Origin: the human T2T-CHM13v2.0 reference genome, Homo sapiens
Length of the DNA: 64,000 bases
NCBI RefSeq assembly: GCF_009914755.1
Contig: NC_060929.1
Strand: one strand, 5' to 3'
Position numbers and translations under genes: made by a program. Below, piece after piece: positions 12,553 to 30,701 of this stretch. Positions within the stretch are counted from its first letter, which is position 1; the number at the start of each line of letters is the position of its first letter. The notes below the pieces were generated by a model that worked only from the letters and a program-made list of their open reading frames with translations, was not told the DNA's origin and searched no databases.

Positions 12553-12945
12553 CTGTCTACTTGTTTCTCAGTTATTACAAAATACCACAGACTGCATGGC
12601 TTAAACAATGTAAATTTATCTTCTCAAAGTTCTGAAGGTTGAAAAGTCCAAGATCAAGGTGCTGGTTAATTCAGTTCCTTGTGAAACCTGTCTTCCTGGC
12701 TTGCAGATGGCTTCCTTCTCACTGTGTCCTCACATGATGTGGGTGATGGTGGGAAAAAGGCAAGAAAGGGAGAGTTTTCTTTTTTTTCTTATATAAGGCC
12801 ATCAATCCTATTAGATTGAGACCCCACCATTATGACCTCATTTAACCTTAATAAACTCCTAAAAACCTTATCTCCAAATACAGTCACATTAGGGGTTAGA
12901 ATTTCAATATGTGAATTTTGGGGAACATATTTCAGTTTATTGCAG
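12553..12945 (-). mobile_element. MLT1B/C MaLR solo LTR
   Basis: acaaaataccacagactgcatggcttaaacaa ... gtccaagatcaaggtgctgg ... atgacctcatttaacctta ... ccaaatacagtcacatt. Confidence 0.8.
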
Positions 12946-13325
12946 CTAGGTTACTAGAGTTTTATTTTTATATTTTTTTATATGCATAAAGGATGGTACT
13001 TGGACAGGAGAAATGAAAGTATTCTATTATGAATTTCTTATACTATAAGTAAAGTGATATCATACCATTTAGACTTACCCAGTGAGAATACATATATTTT
13101 GGGGTCTTGGTGAGAAACTAAGGTTGTATATTTTTAAACCCTATAACAACATTAAATAGCCAATAAGGGAAATAAAATGGAATAATAATTTTTAAAAAAA
13201 ACTAAAAAAGAAACTTCAGCCCAAAGAAGGAAAAGAGAATAAAAAGGAAGCAAAACGAAGAAAAATAGGTTGGACTAATGGAAAACAAGTGGCAGGATGT
13301 TAGAATTAATACAACTGTATTAGTC

Positions 13326-13362
13326 TGTATTAGTCAGGGTTCTCTAGAGAAACAGACTGATA

Positions 13363-13416
<54 letters not shown>

Positions 13417-13590
13417 AGAGAGAGAGAGCAAGACAGTAGGAGATTTAAGTCCCTGGCTCACACAATTATAGGGCTGGAGAGTCCAAAATCTGCAAGACAG
13501 AGGAGCAGGCTGGAAACCCAGAGGTGTATTGACATTGCTGCTCAAATCTGAAGGTGTCCTGGAAGCAGAATTTCCTCTTCTTTGAGGGCT
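13326..13590 (-). mobile_element. MLT2 (ERVL) LTR fragment containing a (TG)n microsatellite (~13365-13414)
   Basis: tgtattagtcagggttctctagagaaacaga ... agtccaaaatctgcaag ... gcaggctggaaaccca. Confidence 0.8.
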
Positions 13591-13659
13591 GTAATTAGTC
13601 CATTTACTGTTGCTTATAACAGAATACCTGAAACTAGGTAATTTATAAAGAAAAAAATT

Positions 13660-17620
<3,961 letters not shown>

Positions 17621-18472
17621 AATGACATGATCTCATTCCCTTCATTTGCTGCATAGTATTCTATGATGTCTACATACCACACTTTCTTTATCCAGCCTAT
17701 TATCAATAGGCATTTGGGTTGATTCCATGTCTTTGCTATTGTAAATAGTGCTGCAATGAAAATACACATACATGTATCTTTATAATAGAATGATTTATAT
17801 TCTTTGGGTATGTACTCAGTAATGGACTGCTGGGTCAAATGGCACTTCTGGTTCTAGGTCTTTAAGAAATTGCCACACTGTCTTCCACAATGGTTGAATT
17901 AATTTACATTCCCACCAACAGTGTAAAAGCATTCCTTTTTCTCCACAGCCTTGCCAGCATCTGTTGTTTCTTGACTTTTTAATTATCAACATTCTGACTG
18001 GCATGAGATGGTATCTCATTGTGGTTTTGATTTGCATTTCTCTAATAATCAGTGACGTTGAGCTTTTGTTCATGTTTTTGGCTGCATAAATGTCTTCTCT
18101 TGAAAAATGTTTGTTCATGTCCTTTGCCCACTTTTTTTTTTTTGAGATGTAGTCTCGCACTGTTGCCCAGGCTAGAGTGCAGTGGTGCAATATTGGCTCA
18201 CTGCAACCTCTGCCTCTGGGTTTAAGCAATTCTCCTGCCTCAGCCTCCCAAGTAGCTGGGATTACAGGCACCCACCATCACACTCAGCTAATTTTTTGTA
18301 TTTTTAGTAGAGACAAGGTTTCACTATGTTGGCCAGGCTGGTCTCAAACTACTGACCTCGTGATCCGCCCCCGTCAGCCTCCCAAAGTGCTGGGATTACA
18401 GGCGTGAACCACCACACCCAGCCCCTTTGGCCGCTTTTTAATGGAGTTGTTTGTTTTTTTCTTGTAAATTTG
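17621..18472 (-). mobile_element. Inverted L1 ORF2 C-terminal segment, interrupted by an Alu
   Basis: - strand ORFs 17596..17838 and 17816..18271 encode [14 protein letters not shown]...[24 protein letters not shown]. Confidence 0.9.
18132..18423 (-). mobile_element. AluS element
   Basis: Full reverse Alu; degenerate TSD tttgcccacttt / tttggccgcttt. Confidence 0.93.
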
Positions 18473-19242
18473 AACATACTCTTTCAAACATTAAGACCTT
18501 TCACTGCTCAGAGTATCAGTGATATTCCTTCCTCTGTCTTTGGGATTGTGTATCAAGAAAACAATCCCCTTGTCAGCTTCTCCTAGCCCTGGCCCCAAAT
18601 AAGCACATTCAGCCTACATAGTGTCTCCTCTCTGACATAGTACCCTCTGACCTCGAATTGTTATTCTCTTAATTTATGGTTTTCTCTCTTCTAGGATGTG
18701 AATTCTTTTCTGTTTTCTCCTTCTTTTTATCAGTATCTTCTGCTTATGGTGATAGCTTATTTTGCCTACGCCAGCCTTCCTGCCTGTCAATATGAGTGAT
18801 TTCATTTATTCCTAGCCCTGCGAGTATTTTGCCTTGTCCAGCCTCCAACTTAAATGCCCTATGAAAAAATGTCAACAGAGATCTGTAGTTGACTAACCTG
18901 AGGAAGACATTTCAAGGTATTATTATTTAAAATTAAAAATGTTCAAATAAAATTTGTTTTACCTTCTATATCTTGTTGATAATTTTGTTAAGCTCAATGA
19001 GCTCAACGCTAGTCACAATATTACAAACTTTTGATATATTTCTAGCAATAAATTTACAATTTAAATTAGACACCCAAGGGAAATTTGATTTGACTTCTTC
19101 AATTGGCTGAATGAGTATTTACTAGGGATAGCTAATAACTGCTTTTAAGATTTTTAAAAATTTCAAGTTCTAAAATATTTTTGAAAAGTATTGCATTTTT
19201 CTCTAAATCATTAAGATCTCAGTTGGTCAAGAATGCACTCAT

Positions 19243-19583
<341 letters not shown>

Positions 19584-19905
19584 TCAATAAATGAAAGTGA
19601 GTGATATTCACAGTTGTGAAATTTTTTTCAATAGTTTATTATTAAATATCAGAAAATACAGAAAAGTTGAAAGAATTTTATGGCAAAACTCATATACCCA
19701 CCTCCAAAATTTTGCCATTAATATTTTGCTGTACGTGTTTTACCATATAAATAATTTAATTTTGAAATTTAAAAACAAATCTATCATTTCCCTATCAAAC
19801 TTATGGTCAATATAATTTAAAAGTGCTTCAGAAAAGTCAAAGGAGTTATTTAAAAACATGTTCAACTGTTGGTCTTTGTGAATCTAAGTGTTCTAAACAT
19901 GCAAC

Positions 19906-20275
19906 TGTATTAATTTGCCAGGGCTGTCATAATAAAGTACTACAGACTACATGGCATAAGCAACAGAAATTTGCTCACAGCTCTGGAAGCTAGAAGTCTG
20001 AGATGAAGGTGTCAGCAGGGTTGACTTATCTCTGGCTTATAGATGGCGATATTCTTTGTGAGCCTTCTCATGATTTTTCTTCTTTGCTTGTCTTTATCCC
20101 AATTTTTTCTTCTCATAAGAACACCAGTCATACTGAATCAGAGCCCACCCCAATGACCTAATTTAACCTTAATTACTTCTTTAAATACCCTATCTCCAAA
20201 TACTGCCACATTCTGATATACTGGATATCAGGATCATAACACATGAATTTAAGGGTTATATAATTCTGTTCAAAA
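19906..20275 (-). mobile_element. MLT1C-type MaLR solo LTR
   Basis: tgtattaatttgccagggctgtcataataaagtactacagac ... ctggaagctagaagtctgagatgaaggtgtcagcaggg ... ccctatctccaaata. Confidence 0.8.
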
Positions 20276-20477
20276 CAAAATTGAGATGTAAAGTGAAACC
20301 TGAAGCTGATATTAGACAAAAATGTCAATCATAACTTGTAATTATATTTTTCCTATTTAATCAAATAAGCCTTGATATTCATGCTGTTTGATTTTATTGC
20401 AAGCGTATGGTATAAGTGAAATAATTCCTAATTGCAGAATACTCTTTTGTGAGCTTCATTAAGAAAGTAGGGATCTT

Positions 20478-20809
<332 letters not shown>

Positions 20810-21472
20810 CTAAGTCAAAAATAATAAAACAAGCAAAATAAAGATGGGAATTATATGTTGATAAAATAATAAGAAAGATGTTGTACCAGTAAACGAAGAC
20901 AATGGTTTCTACGTTTTTAGAAAAATCTTTAAAAAAAAAATACTGGGAGCAATTTGTTAAGAGAAAATCAGAGCTTATGTAAATATACTAACTTTTTCCA
21001 TTTAAAGGTAAATAATTATATACTTATTATGAATTATAAATGTTTTAAATGTGTTAAGTAAGCTCAATCTATAAATTATAGATTATATATAAATATATAA
21101 AACCTCTTAACATTTAGGGACAATCAGGCACTCATGCAGACATATTGAAATGTATGGAGATAAGTTTTCTTACCAAAAATAAAAACCCCAAAATCAGATA
21201 TGACAGAAGATTTTAATATATGTAATTAAATAATTTATTGGGAAGAAGTATATAGCTAGATGGAAAGAAAATAAAAAAAAGTAGGGGAGGTAGGTGTTGC
21301 CATTCTTATTCTAGCACTGCGGAAGGTCAACAGCATTCTCTCTCAGGGTGCCGCAACCTTTTATACACTTCAATGATTCATACACCTCTTGTGGATGTAT
21401 ATGCATCAGCTATTACTTTGCAAGGTTGGAATTCTAAACCAGTCGATAGTCTTATTAAGATATGTTAAGAGT

Positions 21473-21754
21473 AGCCAGGTGCGGTGGCTCACACCTTTAA
21501 TTCTAGCACTTTGGGGGGCCGAGGCAGGTGAGTCACCTGAGGTCAGGAGTATGAGACTCTGGCCAACATGGCGAAACCCCGTCTCTACTAACAATAAAAA
21601 AAAAAAATAGTTGGGTGTGGTGGCATACACCTGTAGTCCCAGCTACTTAGGAGACTGAGGCAGAAGAATCACTTGAACCCAAGAGGCAGAGGTTGCATTG
21701 AGCCAAGATTGTGCCACTGCACTACAGCCTGAGTTACAGAGTGAGACTCCATCT

Positions 21755-21793
<39 letters not shown>
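21473..21793 (+). mobile_element. AluS element with a long pure poly-A tail
   Basis: Diverged Alu; A-run 21756-21793; TSD aagatatgtta. Confidence 0.93.
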
Positions 21794-21795
<2 letters not shown>

Positions 21796-22460
21796 TATGT
21801 TAGGAGACTGGTGCCCAAGGAAGTAATGAAAAGAAAGGCTGAAATTCAGTTTGAGTTATTAGTATTTGCCACCACTGTTGTCAGATCTTGTACCAGGTTC
21901 TATGGATACAGTGATGTCCAGGACAATTTCTGCCTTTGTGGATAGCCTTCTTAGGGGTGAGTAACATAGAGACACAGAAACAGACAGGGAGACTGCCAGG
22001 AGATAAGGACATTCAGAAATAGATTTAAGAGAGTAGTGCTGTCAATAGCAGGAGACGGAAATAAAACAAGAAAATAAGGGAATAGAATATCGCCCTTATT
22101 CTTCAGTTTAGAACCTGGGGAAATGAAAGATTTTTATCTCAGAATTTAAGTCCTCATTAAAATGGTCTTTCAAAAACATTAAAAATGAAACTGATAGAAT
22201 ATTCACTGTAGCGATATTTAGCTCCTTTCTTATTCTGGCAGGCCTGAAAGGGCTCCTTCTGAAAGTTGAAAGAATATAAACTTATTTTCTCCTTAGAAGA
22301 GGTGGACAGTTTGCAGATGGTGAATTATTGTCTTCTTCCTTGAAGGTTAAATCTAGGGTAAAAATAAATGTGTTTTCTCCTAGGAAGAGGTGTATAGATT
22401 ACAGATAGCACATTTTTGTTTCCTTGCTTGTGTTTGAGGCTTCTGAACTTTCTTGATTGT

Positions 22461-23645
22461 GGTATCAGCCTGTTCTTGCACTGCCACAAAAAACTACCTG
22501 AAACTGAGCAATACATAAAGAAAAGAAGTTAATTGGCTCACAGTTTCGCAGGCTGTACAGGAAGCATGGCTCAGGAGGCTTCAGGAAACTTAGAATCATG
22601 GCAAAAGTTGGGAAAAGAAAGCAGGGGAAGCAAGCACATCTTACATGGCTGGAAAAGGAGGAAGAGATTGTGGGAGGTGCCACACACTTTTAAACAACCA
22701 GATCTCATGAGAACTCACTCACTATCATAAGAACAGCAGGGAGGAAATCTGCCCCTATGACCCAATCACCTCTCACCAGGTCTCTCGTCCAACATTGAGG
22801 ATTATAATTCAACACAAGACTTGGGCAAATCCAAATCATATCATTTCACCCCTGGCCCCTCCCAAATTTTATGTCCTTCTCACATTGCAAAATACAATCA
22901 TCCCTTCTCAACAGTCCCCCAATTCTTAACTCATTTCAGCATTAACTCAAAAGTCCACAGTCTAAAGTCTTATCTGAGACAAGGCAAGTTCCTTTCACCT
23001 GTGAAACTGCAAAATAAATAACAAGTTAGTTACTTTCAAGATACAATGGGGATACAGGAATTGGGTAAACACACCCATTCCAAAAGGGAGAAATCAACCA
23101 AAATAAAGGGGCTACAGGCCCCATGCAAGTCTTAAACCCATCAGTGCAGTCATTAAATCTTAAAGCTCCAAAATAATCTTGTTTGACTCCATGTCTCATA
23201 TCCAGGCCACACCAATGCAAGGGATGGGCTCATAAGGCCTTGGGGATCTCTACCCCTGTGGCTTTGCAGGGTACAGCACCCTTGGCTGCTTTCACAGGCC
23301 GGTGTTGAGTGCCTGCAGCTTTTGCAGGATCACAGTGCAAGCTGTTGGTGGATCTACAATTCTGGGGTCTGGAGGATGGTATCCCTTTTCTCACAGCTCC
23401 ACTAGGCAGTGATCCAGTGGAGACTCTGTGTAGGTGATCCAATCCCACATTTCCCCTCTTTACTGCCCTAGTAGGGGTTCTTCATATGGGCTCTCTGCAG
23501 CAGACTTCTGCCTGGTCAAAGCCATTCAACAAGTCTCTAGGGAGTTTCAAACTCTCCCTCAACTTCCTGTCTTCTTTTGAGCCCTCCAAAATTGTTCCAA
23601 CCTCTTCCCATTACCCAGTCCCAAAGCTGCTTCCACAGCTTTAGA
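22461..23645 (-). mobile_element. MSTA-type MaLR LTR (~22461-22843) plus truncated internal sequence
   Basis: aattggctcacagtttcgcaggctgtacaggaagcatggc ... aaacaaccagatctcatgagaactcactc; then internal tttcacccctggcccctcccaaat ... agacaaggcaagt ... ggtggatctacaattctggggtctggagga. Confidence 0.85.
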
Positions 23646-24354
23646 TGGCCAAAGCTCTGCCCCTTAGACATCCTATAAGATATTGTGGGCAGAATCTGTT
23701 GTCCCAAAGTGAAGTGGAGAGAAGCAAGTAACTCTTTGGAAGGGATCATAAATGGGAAGAAAGACAAATCAGTTAAGACCCAGATGAGTTTTCCATCAAG
23801 GCCTACTTTGAGGATTTCTTATTTTCCTTCTCATTTCTGAGGAAACTTATCTCTAGGTTACAGCTTTTTAACTTTTCCCCTTCTTGATAATTCTCTTTAA
23901 ATAATTTTATCATATTATTATTTTATGATATATAATTAGATACTATTATATTATGTTTATACTTGTAAGTTTAGTATATATGTATGCATTTCCCTTTCCT
24001 TACCTTTTTTGTAAAGAAAATATGTACCCTTGTACATCCAGGGGCAGGAGTTTTAGGGAGAATGAAGGGTTAGGGTGGCTTTCTCTGCTCCACCTCTTGG
24101 TTAATCCCAATGGACAGGGAGTAGCAGCCCATGGTGGTGGTTGGGACCAGGGAGCTGGCCAGCTGGAACCAGCAGGGCAGTGACTGGGTAGTTGACAGAG
24201 GATCTCGGAATGACACAAAGGGGTACATAAACAGATAATTTAGGACAGGAAGTAAGGTTAAGAAATAGCATTTTTATTTTATGCTATAAGAATTGCATAT
24301 CTGCAAGGTAGAGGAGCTGACACTTGGATTATACAAGGCTAAATATTGGCCCTC

Positions 24355-24729
24355 TGATACAGTTTGGCTCTCTGTCCCCACCCAAATCTCATCTTGTAGC
24401 ACCCATAATTCCCACATGTTGTGGGAGGGACCCAGTGGGAGATGACTGAATCATGGGGGCGAGTCTTTCCCATGTTGTTCCCGTGATAGTGAATGGGTCT
24501 CATGAGATCTGATGGTTTTCTCTGTACAATGAGAGTTCTCTGCACAAGCTCTCTCTTTCTGCCTGCCACCATCCACATAAGATATGACTTGTTCCTCCTT
24601 GCCTTCCACCATGATTGTGAGGCTTCTCCAGCTACGTGGAACTGTGAGTTCCCCATTAAACCTCTTTTCTTTGTAAATTGCCCAGTCTCGAGTATATCTT
24701 TATCAGTAGCGTGAAAATGAACCAACACA
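24355..24729 (+). mobile_element. THE1 solo LTR with 5-bp TSD
   Basis: tgatacagtttggctctctgtccccacccaaatctcatc ... ccattaaacctctttt ... accaacaca; TG...CA ends; TSD ccctc at 24350-24354 and 24730-24734. Confidence 0.93.
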
Positions 24730-24859
24730 CCCTCTAAAGGAGTTAGAGGCAAAGTAAAAATAAAACAAAACAAAAAATGTTTTGGTTTTTTGTTTTGTTA
24801 TTCATGTTATGCAAAGAGAAAAGATAAGATCTGTTATTTGGTATGTAAGGTGGTTCTTC

Positions 24860-25452
24860 TGAAGCAAACATTGTACATGACAAAGTTAAACAGGCAAGAA
24901 TGATTTTATTTAAGGTTATTGCAGTCAGGAAGAGAGGCCAGAACTCAGCCTGAACCCAAGTCACTGAAACAAAGGAAATGGGAGGGTTTTTAAGGGCTGG
25001 GGTGAGCTAATGCCAAGTACTGGAGGATATTAGGGAGAAACCATAGGCCATCTGTGTTTGCTAATTGGCTTAATCCAAACTAAAAAAAAGCTCATATCTT
25101 TATGATAGGAGGTGTTTTTGCAAATTGGAGCAAGGTGCTTACCACCCTCAAAGGTAGCTCTGTACTATTCCACAGAAACTAGTAGATACGGGCACTATTT
25201 GCCTTAATGATTACATTTCAAAGGGATGTCCCCCAGGCCACTGAGAAAGACAGTTCTGGGTTGGGTTGTTAAACTGGCAAGAGGCTTCTAAAAGGATTTA
25301 CAAGTCAAATGGATATATAAAGAAATTAGAGTTACACATTATAAAGTAAATGCTTCACAAAAAAAGGAGGTCAGTGGCTTAGAGTTAAGAAGCTTATCTA
25401 CAGTTCAGTTGAGCCAAGGGGAAGGTTAAAGCCATAAAACCATCTTGGTCAG
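24860..25452. mobile_element. Probable ERV1-class LTR (family not resolved)
   Basis: LTR-like composition and motifs (gttaaacaggcaag, gattacatttcaaaggg, ends cttggtca); family uncertain. Confidence 0.4.
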
Positions 25453-27038
25453 TCCAAATAACTGGTTATCCAAACCCACAGTCAAGACCAGTGCAAAAGA
25501 ATGTACAAGTCTGGTTAATGCTGTCCTAGGGCTTCCCTAAAATCCTTGAGAAGGGGAAGGCTTAATCCTACAGCCTGGATGGTACCAATTATTTGCGTGG
25601 TATCTGGTGGTTTTTCTCTGAGGGATAAAGCATTGTTGCCACTTATCAGTACTGTGGTGGAAATATAATTGGTCATCAGAATGAGGTGGACTATGAAATT
25701 TCTAACCATTGGGCAGTGGAGCTGAGACTTTCTGCAGGAGGACAGTGGTAGAGCCTTAGATCAATCCTGTGACACTAGAAGATTTTGCATCCATGAAAGG
25801 TGATAAGAATCTGCTTTGGACAACAGGAGGAGGCACTGGGTTTTGAAGATGTGGGTTTGAGGTGAAATTGGAACACATAAATTGAATTACTTCACAGCTA
25901 GGGAGGCTGGAATTCGGTGAGAAAGCCCTAAGCTGTAGCTTTTGGAATTAGACTGGGTGTAATAGATGATGACAAAATCATAGACTAAGGATTCTCTGAG
26001 GGAGATATGATCCTTTAATCTTACTTATTGTCTTCTCCCAATATTAGTTCAACTGAAATTTGGGGGAGTTTGGAAGAAGTAAAGATGTTCTAGCCTTAAT
26101 TATTTCCTGTAGCACTTGGTTTTCCTCTGTGTGCTTCAGGATTAAGCGATGTTTATAGACCTCCCTCTGTTATCTTGTTTTTGCATCTATTAAATAGAGC
26201 CATGTGGCCATAACATGCAATTCTCTTTATCTTAGAATATTTTGCTTCAGTTTTACATAGTTAAAATATCGGATTTGTGGCATTTTATTGTTTGATTCCT
26301 CAATGCTAATATAAATGAGAAACACAGGGGTCATGATTAATACCTAAATGTCACAAGATTCAGAAAACACAAATATTGGAAATTTCCTCCTCAAGTCTGC
26401 TTTCCTTGAGTAATTATTTGTTTAATGACTTTTCCTGTAGTGTGTCTAAGCTCCATTAGGGTAAGGATGATGCCAATAGTTTTCACAGCTGTACTTTCAG
26501 GGCCCCTCACAATTCCTGACAAATCAGAATCCCAGACTGTAGAAGACCTATGGGAACTCACCTTATGAGTGATGCTCTGCTAATAAAATTTGCAGCAAAA
26601 CAAAGTAAAAAAAAATGTAAATTATTTATTCTCAGATGGGAAGTAATTTCACACTTATTATTTTTGAATGCCATAAAATGAGTCCGTGGCTCTGAATTTA
26701 CAACACTCACATCCATATAGTGGCTGAGAAGAAGCCAAATTAAAATAGCATTTATTGGTGGCTTATCTGGCTCAGTTTTCAAAGCTGTTTAAGTGTTTGT
26801 TCAATTAAACCTCCAAAGAGCACTTGATGGAATGTGTGATTACCCAATAGCGCAAAATGGAAAATTCTGTGGTCCAGATAGAATAAATTACTTTCCAAGT
26901 TGACAAAACATTATAAATTGATGTTCTGATTCTGCGTTCAGAATCCTTTCTAAACAACAGGATGCATCTACCTTTCCAAACTGGGGAACAAATGATCTAC
27001 TCAGGAAGATAGCAGATTGTTTTCAAAATATTTCTTGT

Positions 27039-27076
27039 AAGTATGGAGCCCAGAATTACAAGTATGGAGCCCAGAA
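27039..27076. repeat. Short tandem duplication, period 21
   Basis: aagtatggagcccagaa at 27039-27055 and 27060-27076. Confidence 0.9.
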
Positions 27077-29448
27077 ATGTGATGAAAACCACCACCTCTC
27101 TCATATTCTAGGTGACCTAAGTTCTTTCTGGAAGTTTTCAATGGGTTTATTTACAGGCATTTATTAAAATAAAATATTAAAAGACAAGTTAACTGAGGTA
27201 AATAAAAATCTGCCTAAGCTAGCACTATTAATAACAATAAAAAATTGGCATCACCCTAATTGAGCAACAATTAAAGAATATTAGTATAATTAAAATCCAC
27301 ATATGCGATGGAATATGACACCAGGCATCTAAATTCATGTTCAATATATTTAGAGATCAAGAAAATGTAATAGTGCATTTCTAAGTGAAAAAACAATATA
27401 TATTATAAAAGTTGAATGTTGTAATAAAACATATGTACCTGTGTGATTATGTATATATATTTAAACTGGAAGAATATAATTTTATATATATTTAATAGGT
27501 ACCTCTGAGTTGTAAGATTTTACACCCTTTTATTTCATTTGTATATTTTTTGTTTTATATATTTTATTTCATTTTGTATGTTTCTTTTTTTTCATATTTC
27601 TATTTGGCCATTTCTATTTGTATGTTTCTACTTGCTCCGCCTCCCTCTCTTTTTTGTATATTTCTATTTTATAAATTTTCTAAGTGAGCATATATTTTCT
27701 TTGTATAAGAAAAATAGCTTTTTACAGAAGGAATGGTAGAGGCCAGAAGTTCAGATAATAGGAGGACCTTAAGCTATAATAATATATCTTCCCTGTTAAA
27801 ATGGCAAAGGCTCTGGGTTACTACAGGCACAAGGCTGGATCTACTGCAAATGGTATCCAAGGATCTCATCTGTCACTGCAACCTCCTGTACCAGCCTTTT
27901 CTTTATTAGATGTTTCCACACATGTTTTCATTCTGGTCCTAATACTGGTCCTGGTCTTGATACTAATTATTGTTGTGGAACATGTTATATTCTTTCTGCT
28001 TGCTCTTTCCTACTGTGGGATGTTTTCTCATGCTATCGCCTCTCTTGAATTGCCTGCTAACGGCTGCCCTTCCCAGTGATCTCTTCTTACCCTCCTCAGG
28101 TCTTCCCCTGCTGAGGTCTGATGCAATCTGAACGATGGATCTCCAGGGCCTGCTCAGTCCAGCACACAATGCCTCCGTGACTTTTCTGTCCTACGCAGCA
28201 GTTACTCTATTTCCTCCTGGGGCCCTAATACACGCTTCTTAGAAGGAGCACATTATATTCCTCTTCCTTTTCTCTTCTTTCTGAGGTGGGTCAGCTGTGA
28301 CATGAGGGATGGAGAGAGTGGGCCTCTGTGTTTTGCTCTAGTTTTCTGGCTGCAGCTGAACTTGTACTGTTCCTTTCCATTTCTGGAGGAAGCCAGGGAA
28401 AATATCAGGATGAGATGGGGGTGTGTTTAGCAAAACATGGTGTCCCAGATTGTGCCAGGAGTAGGCATGGTAGGCAACCTTGCATAGTGTACAAAGAACT
28501 TCCAATCATCCTGAGAGTAGAATACTCTGGCTACATTTTAATGTCTTAAGTAACACCTGCCACATCAGAGCATATCAGCAGAGTTTATATAAATTATCCA
28601 TTGACATGTGTTGCAGACAGAGATAAAAGCCTAGAGAACATATGGAAGACCAGGCTACTTTTCTAGAATTAGGAATGGAGGAACAGTTAAATGTGGTCCT
28701 TGGTCAGGCCCTGGAAACTGCAGTTTCCATTCTCTGGGGTCAGAAATGTTGCTACAAGGAAAGTCCATCCCGAGGGAGGATTTGCTCTCTGACTTTTCCC
28801 TTTCTGTGTCTGGATTAAAATAGCTGTGGGACCCCAGTGAGATGGCAGATAATGATTTTTCTCCCTGTGAATGTCCTCAAAGAGTCTGGGATTCAACATC
28901 AGAAGATCCTTGGTATAGACAAGCATGCCTGAATCATCAGAAATCTTTGTCTTAATCCAAAGAGGTATTCTTTGCTTGACGAGCAAGTACAGATCCACTC
29001 CACTTATTGAGAAGTTCATGTTGTCTAGGGACCTCAATAGCCCCATCTTTTTTTTGCATCCCCTCAAAAGATAAATTTAGGTGAAGCTTCAGGTAAGGAG
29101 TTGCTTTTTCATGACATGTAAAATGTTTTCCCACTAAAATAATACACTTATGCCCACAGAGTAACCTATGATTTACTTCTGAGTATTCAAAGATCTGTTA
29201 CTGAGCTCTATACTTTTAATCAAGATAGTTATTCAAGGTTTAACTTTTTAAACATTTGTTTCTGAAGAAGAATGGAATAGGCTTTCCAAATACATAGTAC
29301 TGAGGATACAATGGGCGGAGTAGAGATGGCTCTTCATTGTAAAAGTCATCTTAAATCCTGATTGTCTCTACTTTAGTGATTGTATTAGAGGGCAACAACC
29401 TGAGACAATATTTCAGAGCATCATTCCAAGGACACACCAGGAGGAAAA

Positions 29449-29515
29449 ATGGCCAAATCTTTCCCAGTATTCTCACTTTTGTCCTTTATCTTGATACATT
29501 TGGTGTTATCTTCTG
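29449..29515 (+). CDS. SPINK14: SPINK14 first coding exon (signal peptide MAKSFPVFSLLSFILIHLVLSS)
   Basis: Translation matches the SPINK14 N-terminus as I recall it; 67 nt, phase 1, donor G|GTGAGT. Confidence 0.93.
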
Positions 29516-29619
29516 GTGAGTAATTTAGCTGGTCTTGGCCAGCAGTTGAAATTGATTTGTGGGCTTTTACATCATAATCTGAGAGAGAATGCTTTGAAAT
29601 TGTTCTTTAACTGGGATGA

Positions 29620-29880
29620 ATATATATATATGTGTATATATATAAAAATTATCCATTGACATGTGTTGCAGAGTGTATATATGTATATATATATATATAT
29701 TTATATATATACTCAGAGTATATGACAAAATGAAGGTCTCTGCCCATTGAACCAGTATTTTAGACTCTCTGTGTCTCTATATTTGTATATACACACATAT
29801 ACATATACATATATATACACACACGTATATATATACTCTGAGTATACTCAGAGTATATATATGTATACACATACTCAGAG

Positions 29881-29928
<48 letters not shown>

Positions 29929-29996
29929 TATATATATATAGAGAGAGAGAGAGTCTAAAAGACTGATTCAATGGGCAGAGACCTTTGTTTTGCCAT
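29620..29996. repeat. Complex (TA)n/(CA)n/(GA)n microsatellite with a ~60-bp inverted repeat and a 27-bp templated insert
   Basis: Arm 29722-29782 is approximately the reverse complement of 29936-29996; 29646-29672 is identical to 28591-28617. Confidence 0.9.
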
Positions 29997-30657
29997 CTTT
30001 TGCATGCCGATTATGAGATTTAACTCATGAGGGCAAGGAGGCTTGGGTGACTCACTGAGGTAACATGTAAAAGTGACTAGCAATATAATATGCATACATG
30101 AGATCACATCTGGAAAATTTAGAGTGTTTGATTTGCTGTGTATTTGACTGGACCATTATCTTTTGTGCCCTCTTCTAGAGAAGAAATCATGTAGGGAGTC
30201 ATAAAGAGGCCTAGCCTCAAGGGCTGCAGAGCTTGCTTTTTCACATATCTACCAAGAATTCCTGAGTATTACCCAGGTGTCTTTCATGCCTAAAAAAATA
30301 TGATGATTGGGCCAAAAGATCACTTTAAAGTTACAGCATTGCTTATTTCTTTCATACATAGATTACCAGCTCTAAGTCCTCTCAAGTCCAAGCTAATTAG
30401 GAAAATTATTTAGTACACTGGACTGCCAGCCTTTATGAAACAGTGATGCATCTATATAGTCCCCTGCTGATATCAATTAGGAGTAAAAGATTTATTTCAC
30501 ATTTAAAAAAATGAATGAATACATGTATAAATGAAATAATGTTTTCCATTGCTGAAAACTTCCTTGATAATAAATTAGAACTCGTTTATTCTGCCAACAG
30601 ATTAAGCTATGATTTAACAGGAATTAAATTCTGTAACTATTTTCATGTATTCTCTAG

Positions 30658-30701
30658 TTTCAGGCCCTAGACACTGGTGGCCACCACGTGGAATTATTAA
30701 G
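30658..30701 (+). CDS. SPINK14: SPINK14 second coding exon (V)SGPRHWWPPRGIIK
   Basis: ttctctag|tt tca ggc cct aga cac tgg tgg cca cca cgt gga att att aag|gtaatg; 44 nt, phase 1 to phase 0. Confidence 0.93.

Noticed and set aside
27801-28079. 92-aa ORF with a hydrophobic run (VFILVLILVLVLILII)
   Set aside because: The run comes from a low-complexity ctggtc repeat; no splice or homology support.
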